A stretch of 64,000 nucleotides of DNA from Phycisphaerae bacterium (GCA_041658725.1 JBAZZQ010000004.1:3437-67436), one strand, 5' to 3'; counted from the stretch's first letter, positions 50,704 to 59,293 are shown. Notes: a model not told the origin generated them from the letters alone. Numbers and translations: made by a program.

Positions 50704-51717
50704 CTAATTGTTGTTATCGCTATCCTGTTTGTCGACATCAAGCGCGCAGCGAAAACCGACATTATGAACACGAAAGAGCACGCCCAATCCTGTTCGGAAT
50801 AAACTCGTGGCTTGCGAGGGAAAATAAGTGTCAAACGCGCCGCCGCGAATCGATTTCATGAGCATGTCTCCGACCACGGGCCGACCGGCGCTATCGACAA
50901 CGGAGAAATCCGCATCCGTCCATTCCCAGACGTTTCCCACCAACTGCATGACACCGTTGGGTGCGGCTCCGGCGGGATATTCATTTACGGAAACAGTTCT
51001 TCCGATATTGGAAGCCCAGATATTGCAGCGTTTGATGTCCAGGGCATCGCCCCACGGATATCGCCGTAAAACATGCGCGATGCTGCGAATCCGCCAACTG
51101 GCTGCCATTTGCCATTGGGCCTCGGTCGGTAATCGAACCCCTGCCCATTGGGCGTAGGCGGCGGCTTCGAAATAACAGACCCCGACGACCGGATGATCGA
51201 TCAATCCTTTTTCATGACGACCATGCTCCCAGAATCTTGGACCGGGATGTTCGGTGCGGTCTTTAAAATCGATCAGGTGAGGCCAGATATCTTTAGGCCA
51301 CAGATCAAGATTCGCGTATCCATCGGCATCGACGAATTTCTGGAACTGAGCATTGGTGACCGCGCACCTGGCAAGAAGAAACGGCTCGGTTTGGATGTCC
51401 GTTTCCGGACAACCGGGATAATCGTTCACGGTTTGCGCCAGCGCCGCGTATCCTTCGGGAACGAGCGCAAATTGTTCGTCGAGCTTTTGACTCGCCGATT
51501 GACGAATGGTGGAAAGCTGCGGATGATCCTGCCACTGGTCGCAATCGGCCAGAATCCTGGCGTAGCGCTCCAGTTGCAGACACTGTTTCAAGGGATCGCT
51601 ATCCAGCGCCAGGATGTCGGCGGGAACATAGGGTTCCTGGTGGCGGGCCTTGGGAGGTGGAGACGCCTTTTCCTTGTTCCGACCATTTTGTCTTCGAGAA
51701 AAAAGATTCAGAGCCAT
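50704..51717 (-). CDS. FGE-sulfatase (SUMF1/EgtB/PvdO) fold protein lacking the catalytic Cys pair
   Basis: It has HPVVGVCYFEAAAYAQWAGVRLPTEAQWQMAAS, RYPWGD, GNVWEWTDADF, IRGGAF and VGFRCAL. No cysteines follow the RGG motif. Confidence 0.8.
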   Translation of the reverse strand: MALNLFSRRQNGRNKEKASPPPKARHQEPYVPADILALDSDPLKQCLQLERYARILADCDQWQDHPQLSTIRQSASQKLDEQFALVPEGYAALAQTVNDYPGCPETDIQTEPFLLARCAVTNAQFQKFVDADGYANLDLWPKDIWPHLIDFKDRTEHPGPRFWEHGRHEKGLIDHPVVGVCYFEAAAYAQWAGVRLPTEAQWQMAASWRIRSIAHVLRRYPWGDALDIKRCNIWASNIGRTVSVNEYPAGAAPNGVMQLVGNVWEWTDADFSVVDSAGRPVVGDMLMKSIRGGAFDTYFPSQATSLFRTGLGVLFRVHNVGFRCALDVDKQDSDNNN

Positions 51718-51719
51718 GA

Positions 51720-52421
51720 TTATTTACCCTCCGCGCCGATAGCCCGACGTTTGGCGTCACGACAAAGTTTCTGGAACCGTTCAACGGAAGTCTTTACCTG
51801 ACTGTTTTGCATTAAACCACTATCGACCACCAGATCGGTTTTCTCATTGGCGACTTTGTTCAATTCCTGGTTCAATTCCGACTGCAATCCGGAAAGACTA
51901 TTACGCGTTGCGCTGAGTTCTTGCGCTTTGGTTTCCCATTCCTTCTTAAACACGGCGACGCGCGTTTCCTGTTGATCTAACTCTTCACGCCGCCGCTCGA
52001 GCGTGGTAGCCATATTGGAAAGGTCCGATTCTCGCTTTTGGATGTATTCTTCCTCTTTCACGATTTCCTGCCGCTGGGAAGCCAGTGCTTCCTGCTCGCG
52101 ACCGAATGTATTTTGTTCCTGTTTAAGTTGTTTTTCCCGCTCGGCCAACGCGGCTTCTCGTTCAGTGATCTCTTTCTGAGCGGTCTCTAATTTCCGGCAG
52201 TGGTTTTCGCGTTCGTCGAGTTGACTTTTTTGCTGTTCAAATTGTTCTTCCATCGCTTGTCGGCAGGCCCCCAGCGAACTTGATCTTGCATCCAGCAATT
52301 CTCGAAGAGCTTGAACGGACGTTAAAACGTCCTTTCCCATTTCTTCGATATGTCCCACATCGACTACATCCACAACCGCGGTGGTTTCCAGTTTATGACT
52401 CATTTCAATTATCTCCTCCAA
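51720..52421 (-). CDS. Coiled-coil protein
   Basis: A long E/K/Q/R-rich heptad-like region (EREAALAEREKQLKQEQ...) is present, and no enzymatic motif was seen. Confidence 0.6.
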   Translation of the reverse strand: MEEIIEMSHKLETTAVVDVVDVGHIEEMGKDVLTSVQALRELLDARSSSLGACRQAMEEQFEQQKSQLDERENHCRKLETAQKEITEREAALAEREKQLKQEQNTFGREQEALASQRQEIVKEEEYIQKRESDLSNMATTLERRREELDQQETRVAVFKKEWETKAQELSATRNSLSGLQSELNQELNKVANEKTDLVVDSGLMQNSQVKTSVERFQKLCRDAKRRAIGAEGK

Positions 52422-52879
52422 AAGTTTTTTTTGTTCGAGGGCGTAGCGGGGGGTGTTGAAGCAGTCACACTATGTTTTTCCAGCAATTCCCGAACGCTTT
52501 TTGTATTACCACTGAGCCGGCGAAGCACTTGTATTTTTCGGGCCGTTTCCGGGTCCAGCGAAGCCAGAAGAGCCTCATCCTCATTCGGCGAGGGCAAAGC
52601 TTTCTCTTTGACCGGTTCCGCTATTTTTGGGGGATTGGGCGGACTCGCGGCAGAAGGATTCCTAGTTTGAGCGATAACCCGTTCCCTGGAAACAGCGGGT
52701 TTTGTTTGTTGGGTGTTTTGTTGCGTTATTAAACTTTTTAGCGATGTCTGCGCATGGGTGATGGCACCGGACCAGGCCTCCAGTTTGGCATCGAGGTCCG
52801 CCAAGGCCTTGGCCATGGTTCCGTCGTCGGCGGGTAATGCTCCCGTCTTTGAAATTTCATCATTTAGTGTTACGACCAT
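52409..52879 (-). CDS. Small hypothetical protein with Pro/Ser-rich linker (first gene of the operon)
   Basis: It overlaps the coiled-coil gene by 13 nt and contains no recognisable motif. Confidence 0.45.
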   Translation of the reverse strand: MVVTLNDEISKTGALPADDGTMAKALADLDAKLEAWSGAITHAQTSLKSLITQQNTQQTKPAVSRERVIAQTRNPSAASPPNPPKIAEPVKEKALPSPNEDEALLASLDPETARKIQVLRRLSGNTKSVRELLEKHSVTASTPPATPSNKKNFWRR

Positions 52880-53046
52880 AAATCACCTTTGCGTCTTTAC
52901 AGCAGTTGTGCGGACTAAATAGCCCCCTTTTTAACGCGCCTGTTAAAATGGAGAAGACATCACTCTAATATAATTATACAATACGGGGAAAAACCACGGT
53001 GAAAACAAAAGCAAGCCGAACGAAGGTCCTATAAAAAATAATGGCC

Positions 53047-53083
53047 AAATCCTAATGACTAATGTCTAATCAATGACTAATCC
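53047..53083. repeat. Stop-codon-rich repeat aatcctaatgactaa(t)gtctaa (locus 1 of 3)
   Basis: aaatcctaatgactaatgtctaatcaatgactaatcc overlaps the 3' end of the 53077-54012 gene. Confidence 0.7.
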
Positions 53084-54012
53084 TTATGGTCAATTGTCCC
53101 GGTGGAATATTTTTTATGGAGTCCGAACCAAAGTGTTACATGGAACGTGCTGCCCGGCCCTCCAGGACCTTCGGTATTTACATTGGAAGGGCTTTCAACC
53201 CAGATCGCGCCATCCATCATGCGAATCAAATGACACGTGAACGACAAACCCGGGCCATTTTCGCGGTTCAAGAAGGTATCGCCCAGTGAAAAAGCGTTCA
53301 AAAGTGTTTCGCGGTTTTCCGGAGGAATACCCGGCCCGGTATCGCTGATGGCGAAATGCAGATAGATTTTGTCTTCGTGAACGGATTGAACTTGAAGGTG
53401 AAGTCCGACCTCGCCTTTTTCGGTGACTTTGATGGCGTTGGAGAGAAGATTAATAACAACCTGCCTCAGCTGGTCCGCGTCGCCGACCAGGGCATCGGGC
53501 ACATTATCGTCAACACGCAGGATCATTTTCAATCCATTCTCCTCGGCGGTCCTTGCCAGCGTGTCTAAGGCGGAGTCCAAACTGCTGCGTAAACCAAAGT
53601 CGATGGATTTTCTTTCTCCTTCATCCATTTCGTTCCTGGAAAAGTCGTCAACCTTATTGATCAAATCCTGCAGCGAATTAGCCGTTTTCTTCACCGTCCA
53701 TAAATAGTCTTCCTGCGCCTGGGTCAGATTGGGCTCTAAATTTCCCTTTGTCCAACGGTTGACTTCATTTAATTCTCCCGCTTTCAATTTATAGTCCGAG
53801 ATATTTCTTTTTAGGTCATCAATCGTTTTTTCCTGGTCCTGACTTCGAAGAAGTAGAGTAATCAAAAGCAACAGCAGTATTAACCCTCCAAAGATCATCA
53901 AAGAGTTGACGGGATCGATACCCGTCCTCGTCGCCGCATCGGCAAGATAAGGAATCGGTAAAATAATTTCGCAGCAGATCACAAGCAAAAGTAAATTTAT
54001 GTATCTTTTCAT
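53077..54012 (-). CDS. Membrane-anchored histidine-kinase-like ATPase without a phospho-acceptor histidine
   Basis: It has the N-box LLSNAIKVT, G1 DTGPGI and a degenerate G2 GPGLSF. The DHp-equivalent region NEVNRWTKGNL...QEDYLWTVKKTANSLQDLINKVDDFSR contains no His. Confidence 0.6.
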   Translation of the reverse strand: MKRYINLLLLVICCEIILPIPYLADAATRTGIDPVNSLMIFGGLILLLLLITLLLRSQDQEKTIDDLKRNISDYKLKAGELNEVNRWTKGNLEPNLTQAQEDYLWTVKKTANSLQDLINKVDDFSRNEMDEGERKSIDFGLRSSLDSALDTLARTAEENGLKMILRVDDNVPDALVGDADQLRQVVINLLSNAIKVTEKGEVGLHLQVQSVHEDKIYLHFAISDTGPGIPPENRETLLNAFSLGDTFLNRENGPGLSFTCHLIRMMDGAIWVESPSNVNTEGPGGPGSTFHVTLWFGLHKKYSTGTIDHKD

Positions 54013-54169
54013 GTTCTATATCCCTGCCAAATAGACATGGATCTCACTCATCAGTTTTTTCGGCTAATTCGAGGTGGTAGTGAAGAAGTAAATTAGGAAT
54101 CAAGGATCGATTGATGCTAATGGTGATAAAATTTCGTTGGAAAATAATTATCGGAACTACCAACCCCAT

Positions 54170-54267
54170 TGTCATCCTCCGGCTTGCCCGGATGATCCAG
54201 GGGGGGGGCTTCCTCCGTGCATGAAAAAATAGGACTGGATTGTGCCCGGTCAAGCCGGGCAATGACA
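54170..54267. repeat. tgtcat...atgaca-bounded intergenic element (copy 3 of 3) containing a G9 tract
   Basis: The sequence is tgtcatcctccggcttgcccggatgatccag-G9-...gcccggtcaagccgggcaatgaca. Confidence 0.6.
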
Positions 54268-54428
54268 GGGACTTAGGCCTTGTCAGAAAATTTAGGCCGA
54301 CCCATTAAAAAATCCCTGGACGATTTTCTTAGCGTAACGGATAGGATGCAATTATAATAAATTAAAACCTTGTCGTAGTATTTTAGGTCTTATATGAATC
54401 GCTGAAAGTTTTTTGAAGGGATTCAGGC

Positions 54429-55661
54429 ATGATCGATAAAAAGTGGATTTTTGTTTTGCCAATATTTATTCTTAGTAGCGTTCTGTCTGGTCAGACATCT
54501 CCGGCTACTCAGAAGATATCGCCGGTGGAACCTCAGTTCGATCCCAGAGCGGCGCAAATCTTGAAGCAAACTCTGGAAAAATATCAAAAGTGCGGCACCT
54601 ACCATGACCAATCTCAACTTACCATTTATTCCAAAAGCGGCGACCGACAAAATAAAAAAAGTTTTAATTCGGAATTGATTTTCCAGCGTCCGAATAAAAT
54701 TCTCTTTACGTGGCCTCTCATTTCTTTGACGTGTAACGGCAAGCAATACCAAGCCGATTATCCCGATGTTCGGCAATATACCGTCCAAAAAGCCCCTTCC
54801 GCTATTGATCAGGCTTTTTGGAGCGAGGTTACCCTGGGGGATTTTATGCCGCTGGCTCTTACCGGCCTGATCAGCGAAAACCCTTACAAAACAGCCGTGA
54901 GCGCAATGGACAATCTGAAATATGGTGGATTGATCGAAAAAGAGGGAAAATCATATCATCAAATTAATTACACCGCGGGCCCCGATCAGGTGACGGTTTT
55001 GATTAACCCCAAAACAATGCTGATTAGCCAAATCGCAGTATTGCCCCAAAAGGCAAAATCCGCCGGATGGCAACTCCAGATGACTTATCAGAAAGTGATA
55101 GTAAATGAACCCATTGCCGACTCCGTATTCAAGATTACTCCTCCGGCCGAAGCCAGAAAAGTTGATCGGATTTCATTTACCCGGCAGTACGATTATCCAA
55201 AGCTGGGCCAGATGTTTCCGCCGACTTCTCTGGATATATTGGGCACCACTCAAAAATCATCCGTCGATAAACTGCTGGGTTCACGATTAACCTTTGTGGT
55301 GTTCTGGGCCACATGGTGCCCTGCCTGCCGGGAACAAATACCCGAACTCCAAAAGCTGTATCTCCAATACAAGTCAAAAGGATTTCAGGTTGTCGGCATC
55401 AATCTCGATCAGGAAGACGCGACCGAGGAGGTTAAAAGCTTTATTAAGGAAGGGAATCTTACCTTTCCCAATCTTTTTGGTCGCGACGCAAAACTGGCAG
55501 AGGATATGGAGATTACAAGCGAACCATCGGTGTTGATTCTGGACGGCAGGGGGGTAATAACCCAGATGCATGTCGGTTTCAGCCAGGATACGGTCAATGA
55601 GTTTCGATGGACGATTGAAAAAAAGATCAGCGGGGATGCAGCGACCAAACCAGTGGAATAA
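54429..55661 (+). CDS. Secreted TlpA-like thiol-disulfide oxidoreductase with N-terminal LolA-like/unknown domain
   Basis: It has a signal peptide and the C-terminal thioredoxin motif FVVFWATWCPACREQIPEL. Confidence 0.75.
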   Translation: MIDKKWIFVLPIFILSSVLSGQTSPATQKISPVEPQFDPRAAQILKQTLEKYQKCGTYHDQSQLTIYSKSGDRQNKKSFNSELIFQRPNKILFTWPLISLTCNGKQYQADYPDVRQYTVQKAPSAIDQAFWSEVTLGDFMPLALTGLISENPYKTAVSAMDNLKYGGLIEKEGKSYHQINYTAGPDQVTVLINPKTMLISQIAVLPQKAKSAGWQLQMTYQKVIVNEPIADSVFKITPPAEARKVDRISFTRQYDYPKLGQMFPPTSLDILGTTQKSSVDKLLGSRLTFVVFWATWCPACREQIPELQKLYLQYKSKGFQVVGINLDQEDATEEVKSFIKEGNLTFPNLFGRDAKLAEDMEITSEPSVLILDGRGVITQMHVGFSQDTVNEFRWTIEKKISGDAATKPVE

Positions 55662-55796
55662 ATCGGCCCCATTGTGCCACGGTCGGCTGGTCCGACCGTG
55701 CTCTTAAGACACGGCTGGACAAGCCAGCCGTGGCACAATGCACAATGACGGAGGACTGGAACGGTTACGGATTTTTAAACGCGAAGGATACAAAAT

Positions 55797-56336
55797 ATGG
55801 TAAGCGGCGATCAAATGGAAATGGAAGCAAAAATAGCGGTGGACGACCTGGTGGCCGTCGAAACAAGGCTTAAGCAGGCAGGGGGGCAGAAAAAGGGCGA
55901 GTATAGTGAAACCGATACTTTTTTCGATTACGAAAATCATCAATTAAAGGAATCCGATTCCGCGCTTCGCCTGCGCAATCGTGAAAATTTACAAACCCAT
56001 AAAAGTAATTTTCGGTTGACCTTTAAAGGACCACGCCAGCCAGGCCCTTTTAAACATCGGCGGGAAATTGAATTCGTGGTCGATCCTGGCGAAAATGTCA
56101 GGCTTTTATTGGAATGTTTGGGTTTGAAACCCTTCGCCGTCTACACCAAAAAACGCAATGCCTGGTTGTTAAACAATTGCGCCGTTGAAGTGGATTTCAT
56201 TGAAGGGATTGGCAAATTTATTGAAGTTGAGGGACCGAATGAAGATAGCATCCGAAAGTCCCTGGCCGCCTTAAATCTAGCGGATAAACCGGTCATTCAC
56301 GAGAGCTACCTGGCGATGGTCCTGAATAAAAAATGA
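55797..56336 (+). CDS. CYTH-domain protein (class IV adenylate cyclase / triphosphatase-like)
   Basis: It has the ExExK signature (MEMEAKI), LRLR and EIEF motifs. An AAGGA RBS lies 8 nt upstream. Confidence 0.7.
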   Translation: MVSGDQMEMEAKIAVDDLVAVETRLKQAGGQKKGEYSETDTFFDYENHQLKESDSALRLRNRENLQTHKSNFRLTFKGPRQPGPFKHRREIEFVVDPGENVRLLLECLGLKPFAVYTKKRNAWLLNNCAVEVDFIEGIGKFIEVEGPNEDSIRKSLAALNLADKPVIHESYLAMVLNKK

Positions 56337-56411
56337 CTAAATCCTAAATCCTAATGTCTAAAAAGATGTGTAAGCCGGATTCTTCGTTAAGACATTAGGA
56401 TTTAGACATTT
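56333..56411. repeat. Stop-codon-rich repeat forming a hairpin (locus 2 of 3)
   Basis: aaatcctaatgtcta ... tagacattaggattt are inverted copies around a loop of about 25 nt. Confidence 0.7.
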
Positions 56412-56497
56412 CTTTTCTTGACATCTACGTTAGTCGCTGCTAAAACAATAGATGAATTTTATAAATTATGTGCTTTTCCTTGATAAGGAGTTTCAGC

Positions 56498-56635
56498 ATG
56501 GTAAATGAAATAATTTTGAGTGCCGGCAAGATTTTAAACATCTTTCCGAAAACGTTATGGTACGCAATTCTCATTATTCTGTGCATCGTGCTGATTGTGA
56601 TGTATATCAAATACCGCAAGCAAATGAATCCATAA
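56498..56635 (+). CDS. Small (45 aa) single-TM protein upstream of the MFS gene (not in the ORF track)
   Basis: An AAGGAG RBS lies 7 nt upstream of the ATG. My translation is MVNEIILSAGKILNIFPKTLWYAILIILCIVLIVMYIKYRKQMNP. Confidence 0.45.
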   Translation: MVNEIILSAGKILNIFPKTLWYAILIILCIVLIVMYIKYRKQMNP

Positions 56636-56641
56636 TTTTCG

Positions 56642-57910
56642 ATGCCCGATCCCGGTTCTGAAAAGAAATTTCGCCTTCCGCGAAACGTCATTGCTCTTGG
56701 TTTGGTAAGCCTTTTTACCGACATATCGAGCGAAATGCTTTATCCGATAATTCCCTTTTTTCTCCGAGGGACACTGGGCGCCCCTTTATGGGCCATCGGA
56801 GTGGTGGAAGGGGCCGCCGACGGCATGTCATCACTGCTCAGGGGCTTAAGCGGTTACCTTTCCGATAAATTTCGCCGACGGAAAATATTTGTCTTCCTCG
56901 GTTATACCGCTAGTGCCCTGGCCAAACCCATTACCGTTCTGGCTCAATCCTGGGGGTTTGTTCTCGGAACCAGATTGTTAGATCGGTTCGGAAAATCCAT
57001 ACGCACCGCCCCACGTGACGCCCTGATTTCCGACCAGGTCTCTTCCGAAAATCGCGGATACGCTTTCGGGTTTCACCGAGCTATGGATACCGTCGGAGCT
57101 GTCCTCGGGCCTGTCCTCACCCTGGTTCTCGTCTGGCACTTCGGATTTGCTTATCGCCGAATATTCCTTCTTGCCTGCATACCCGCCGCCATCGGCGTTG
57201 TAATCGTGATCGTTGCCGTGCGGGAAAGTCGAAAATCCGATTCCGGGCAAAAATCCTCCACGCCTCACGCCCATATCCCCGCCGGCAAATGGATTAGTCC
57301 ATCGCTTGTTAAATTTTTTATCGTCACCGCCTTATTCGCCCTGGCCAACAGTTCCAATACCTTCATCATTTTGCGGGCACAGGATATTTTCAAAACCTAT
57401 CTTCATGCTCCGGTGGTCGATGGTACGCGGCATACCAACGCTGATGCCCTCGCCATCATCGGTTATGTTCTTTTCAATCTTTCCTTTGCCCTGCTGGCCA
57501 CCCCCATGGGAATCCTGTCTGATCGCCTGGGCCGAAAAAAAATCATTGTCGTCGGATACCTTGTATATGCCCTTGTTTACGGCGCCCTAGCCTTTTGGGC
57601 CAATTTCTACACCATTTGGGCTATCTTCCTGGTTTACGGTATTTTTGAAGCCATGACACACGGAGTAACCAAGGCTCTGGTCGCCGATCTCGCTCCCGCC
57701 GAATATCGCGGCACCGCGCTAGGCGTTTCCAACACCATTGAAGGGGTCGGCACTTTCACCGCCGGGATAGCGATGGGTTTTTTATGGCAGTGGTTTGGCC
57801 CGGAATTGGCGTTTTCCGTCGGTGCCGTTTTAGCTCTGTCGGCCGCCATTCTTTTCCTGGCTTTTCGTTTAACACCACAGACCATTAAATCCGATAATAC
57901 TAAAGAGTAA
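56642..57910 (+). CDS. MFS transporter
   Basis: It has about 12 TM segments and the MFS loop motif GYLSDKFRRRK. Confidence 0.85.
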   Translation: MPDPGSEKKFRLPRNVIALGLVSLFTDISSEMLYPIIPFFLRGTLGAPLWAIGVVEGAADGMSSLLRGLSGYLSDKFRRRKIFVFLGYTASALAKPITVLAQSWGFVLGTRLLDRFGKSIRTAPRDALISDQVSSENRGYAFGFHRAMDTVGAVLGPVLTLVLVWHFGFAYRRIFLLACIPAAIGVVIVIVAVRESRKSDSGQKSSTPHAHIPAGKWISPSLVKFFIVTALFALANSSNTFIILRAQDIFKTYLHAPVVDGTRHTNADALAIIGYVLFNLSFALLATPMGILSDRLGRKKIIVVGYLVYALVYGALAFWANFYTIWAIFLVYGIFEAMTHGVTKALVADLAPAEYRGTALGVSNTIEGVGTFTAGIAMGFLWQWFGPELAFSVGAVLALSAAILFLAFRLTPQTIKSDNTKE

Positions 57911-58050
57911 TGACTAAATCCTAATGACTAAATCCTAATGACTAATGTCCAAATGTCTAAATAAAGAATTTGGCATACACATTTATTAGACATTCGTCAT
58001 TTACGAATTAGTCATTGATTAGACATTAGTCATTAGGATTTAGTCATTTG
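57910..58050. repeat. Stop-codon-rich repeat cluster forming a long imperfect palindrome (locus 3 of 3)
   Basis: tgactaaatcctaatgactaaatcctaatgactaatgtc ... gacattagtcattaggatttagtca. Confidence 0.75.
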
Positions 58051-58063
58051 GATAGGACTATAT

Positions 58064-59293
58064 ATGAATCGTGTAATAATATTTGAAGACCCGGGATTCA
58101 AAAATCTTCTTCCGCTCGTTTATTGGCGGGCGGTTTTCCAGCTTCGCTGCGGAAGAACCGATTTGCTCACCAAAATTCTGGACCAGTTGCGGATTTCAAA
58201 TCCCATTCTGTTCGTGCGTCCGGAATTGGCCGAGGTCGTTGCCGAACAAGTTCCGCATGTCGTTAATCCAATTTTGAAAAATGACGGCAATGATGTTTTG
58301 CTGGTTAATGGTCGATGGCTTGCCAATTGTCCATTGCCGGAACTTCCGGTAAATTCGCATTTGCTCCAGGGTAATACAGTCGTCGCCGCCAGAATACCAT
58401 CCGATAAGGTTCCAACCCTCTCACCGAACAGCCTCGTTCAATCGGACATGGTATTGACCGGAAGTCAACCGATCTCCGCCAAAGACAATATCGTCCTGAT
58501 AAATTATCCCTGGGACCTCGTTGGGCAAAATAAAGGCGAAATTATCCGTGAATTCAACGACGATTCAAAAACCGGCAGAATCTATTCCGGAGTACATTTG
58601 CTGGATGAGCGAAATATTCACATCGGCCAGGGAACCACGATCAAGCCGGGAACGGTACTGGACGCTGAAGACGGCCCCATTTGGATCGACCAGAACGTTT
58701 GCATTCTTCCCAACGTAGTCATTCAGGGACCGGTTTTTATCGGACCTGGCAGCCTGATCCAGTCCAGTGCCCATATTCGCGAGGGAACCTCGATTGGTCC
58801 GGTCTGCAAGGTCGGCGGGGAGGTCGAAGATTCCATTCTACAGGGTTACAGCAACAAGCAGCACTATGGTTTTCTCGGCCATTCCTATCTGGGCCAATGG
58901 ATCAACTGCGGAGCCGGTATGACCAACTCCGACCTGAAAAACACGTACGGCCTTATCAAGGTAAGTCTTGATGGCCAAACCACAATCAATACGGGTCTGA
59001 TTTTCGTCGGCCTGACGGTCGGGGATCACACCAAAATCGGAATTGACGTTTGCTTCCCCTGCGGTGCCGTCGTCGGTACCGCCAGCAGTGTCAGCACCAG
59101 CCGTTACGCACCAAAATTTGTCCCATCCTTTTGCTGGCTGACCGACGAAGAAAAAAAGGATTACAACCCCGACGAAGCGATAAAAGTAGCTCGACGTTCC
59201 ATGACCCGCCGAAAACTCGACCTCACCGATGCTCAAAAACGATTATTTATGGCCCTACCCGAAATTACGCGAAAGTACGAAAATAGCCGGTAA
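58064..59293 (+). CDS. Left-handed beta-helix (hexapeptide repeat) sugar nucleotidyltransferase-like protein
   Basis: Imperfect hexapeptide repeats run through aa ~190-340 (IGQGTTIKPGTVLD..., IGPGSLIQSSAHIREGTSIGPVCKVGGEV). Confidence 0.6.
   Translation: MNRVIIFEDPGFKNLLPLVYWRAVFQLRCGRTDLLTKILDQLRISNPILFVRPELAEVVAEQVPHVVNPILKNDGNDVLLVNGRWLANCPLPELPVNSHLLQGNTVVAARIPSDKVPTLSPNSLVQSDMVLTGSQPISAKDNIVLINYPWDLVGQNKGEIIREFNDDSKTGRIYSGVHLLDERNIHIGQGTTIKPGTVLDAEDGPIWIDQNVCILPNVVIQGPVFIGPGSLIQSSAHIREGTSIGPVCKVGGEVEDSILQGYSNKQHYGFLGHSYLGQWINCGAGMTNSDLKNTYGLIKVSLDGQTTINTGLIFVGLTVGDHTKIGIDVCFPCGAVVGTASSVSTSRYAPKFVPSFCWLTDEEKKDYNPDEAIKVARRSMTRRKLDLTDAQKRLFMALPEITRKYENSR

Noticed and set aside
56440-56724. 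A 94-aa minus-strand ORF lies between the CYTH and MFS genes.
   Set aside because: It overlaps the MFS start and an RBS-preceded 45-aa plus-strand ORF. It has no motif, and an AT-rich region opens random frames.
57131-57150. There is a sigma-54-like TGGCAC...TTGC sequence (tggcacttcggatttgct).
   Set aside because: The GG-to-GC spacing is two nucleotides too long for a -24/-12 promoter, and the site is inside the MFS coding region.
57910-58050. The clustered short repeats could be a CRISPR array.
   Set aside because: The units are about 15-25 nt, irregularly spaced and partly inverted, so they form palindromes. There are no uniform spacers and no cas genes nearby.
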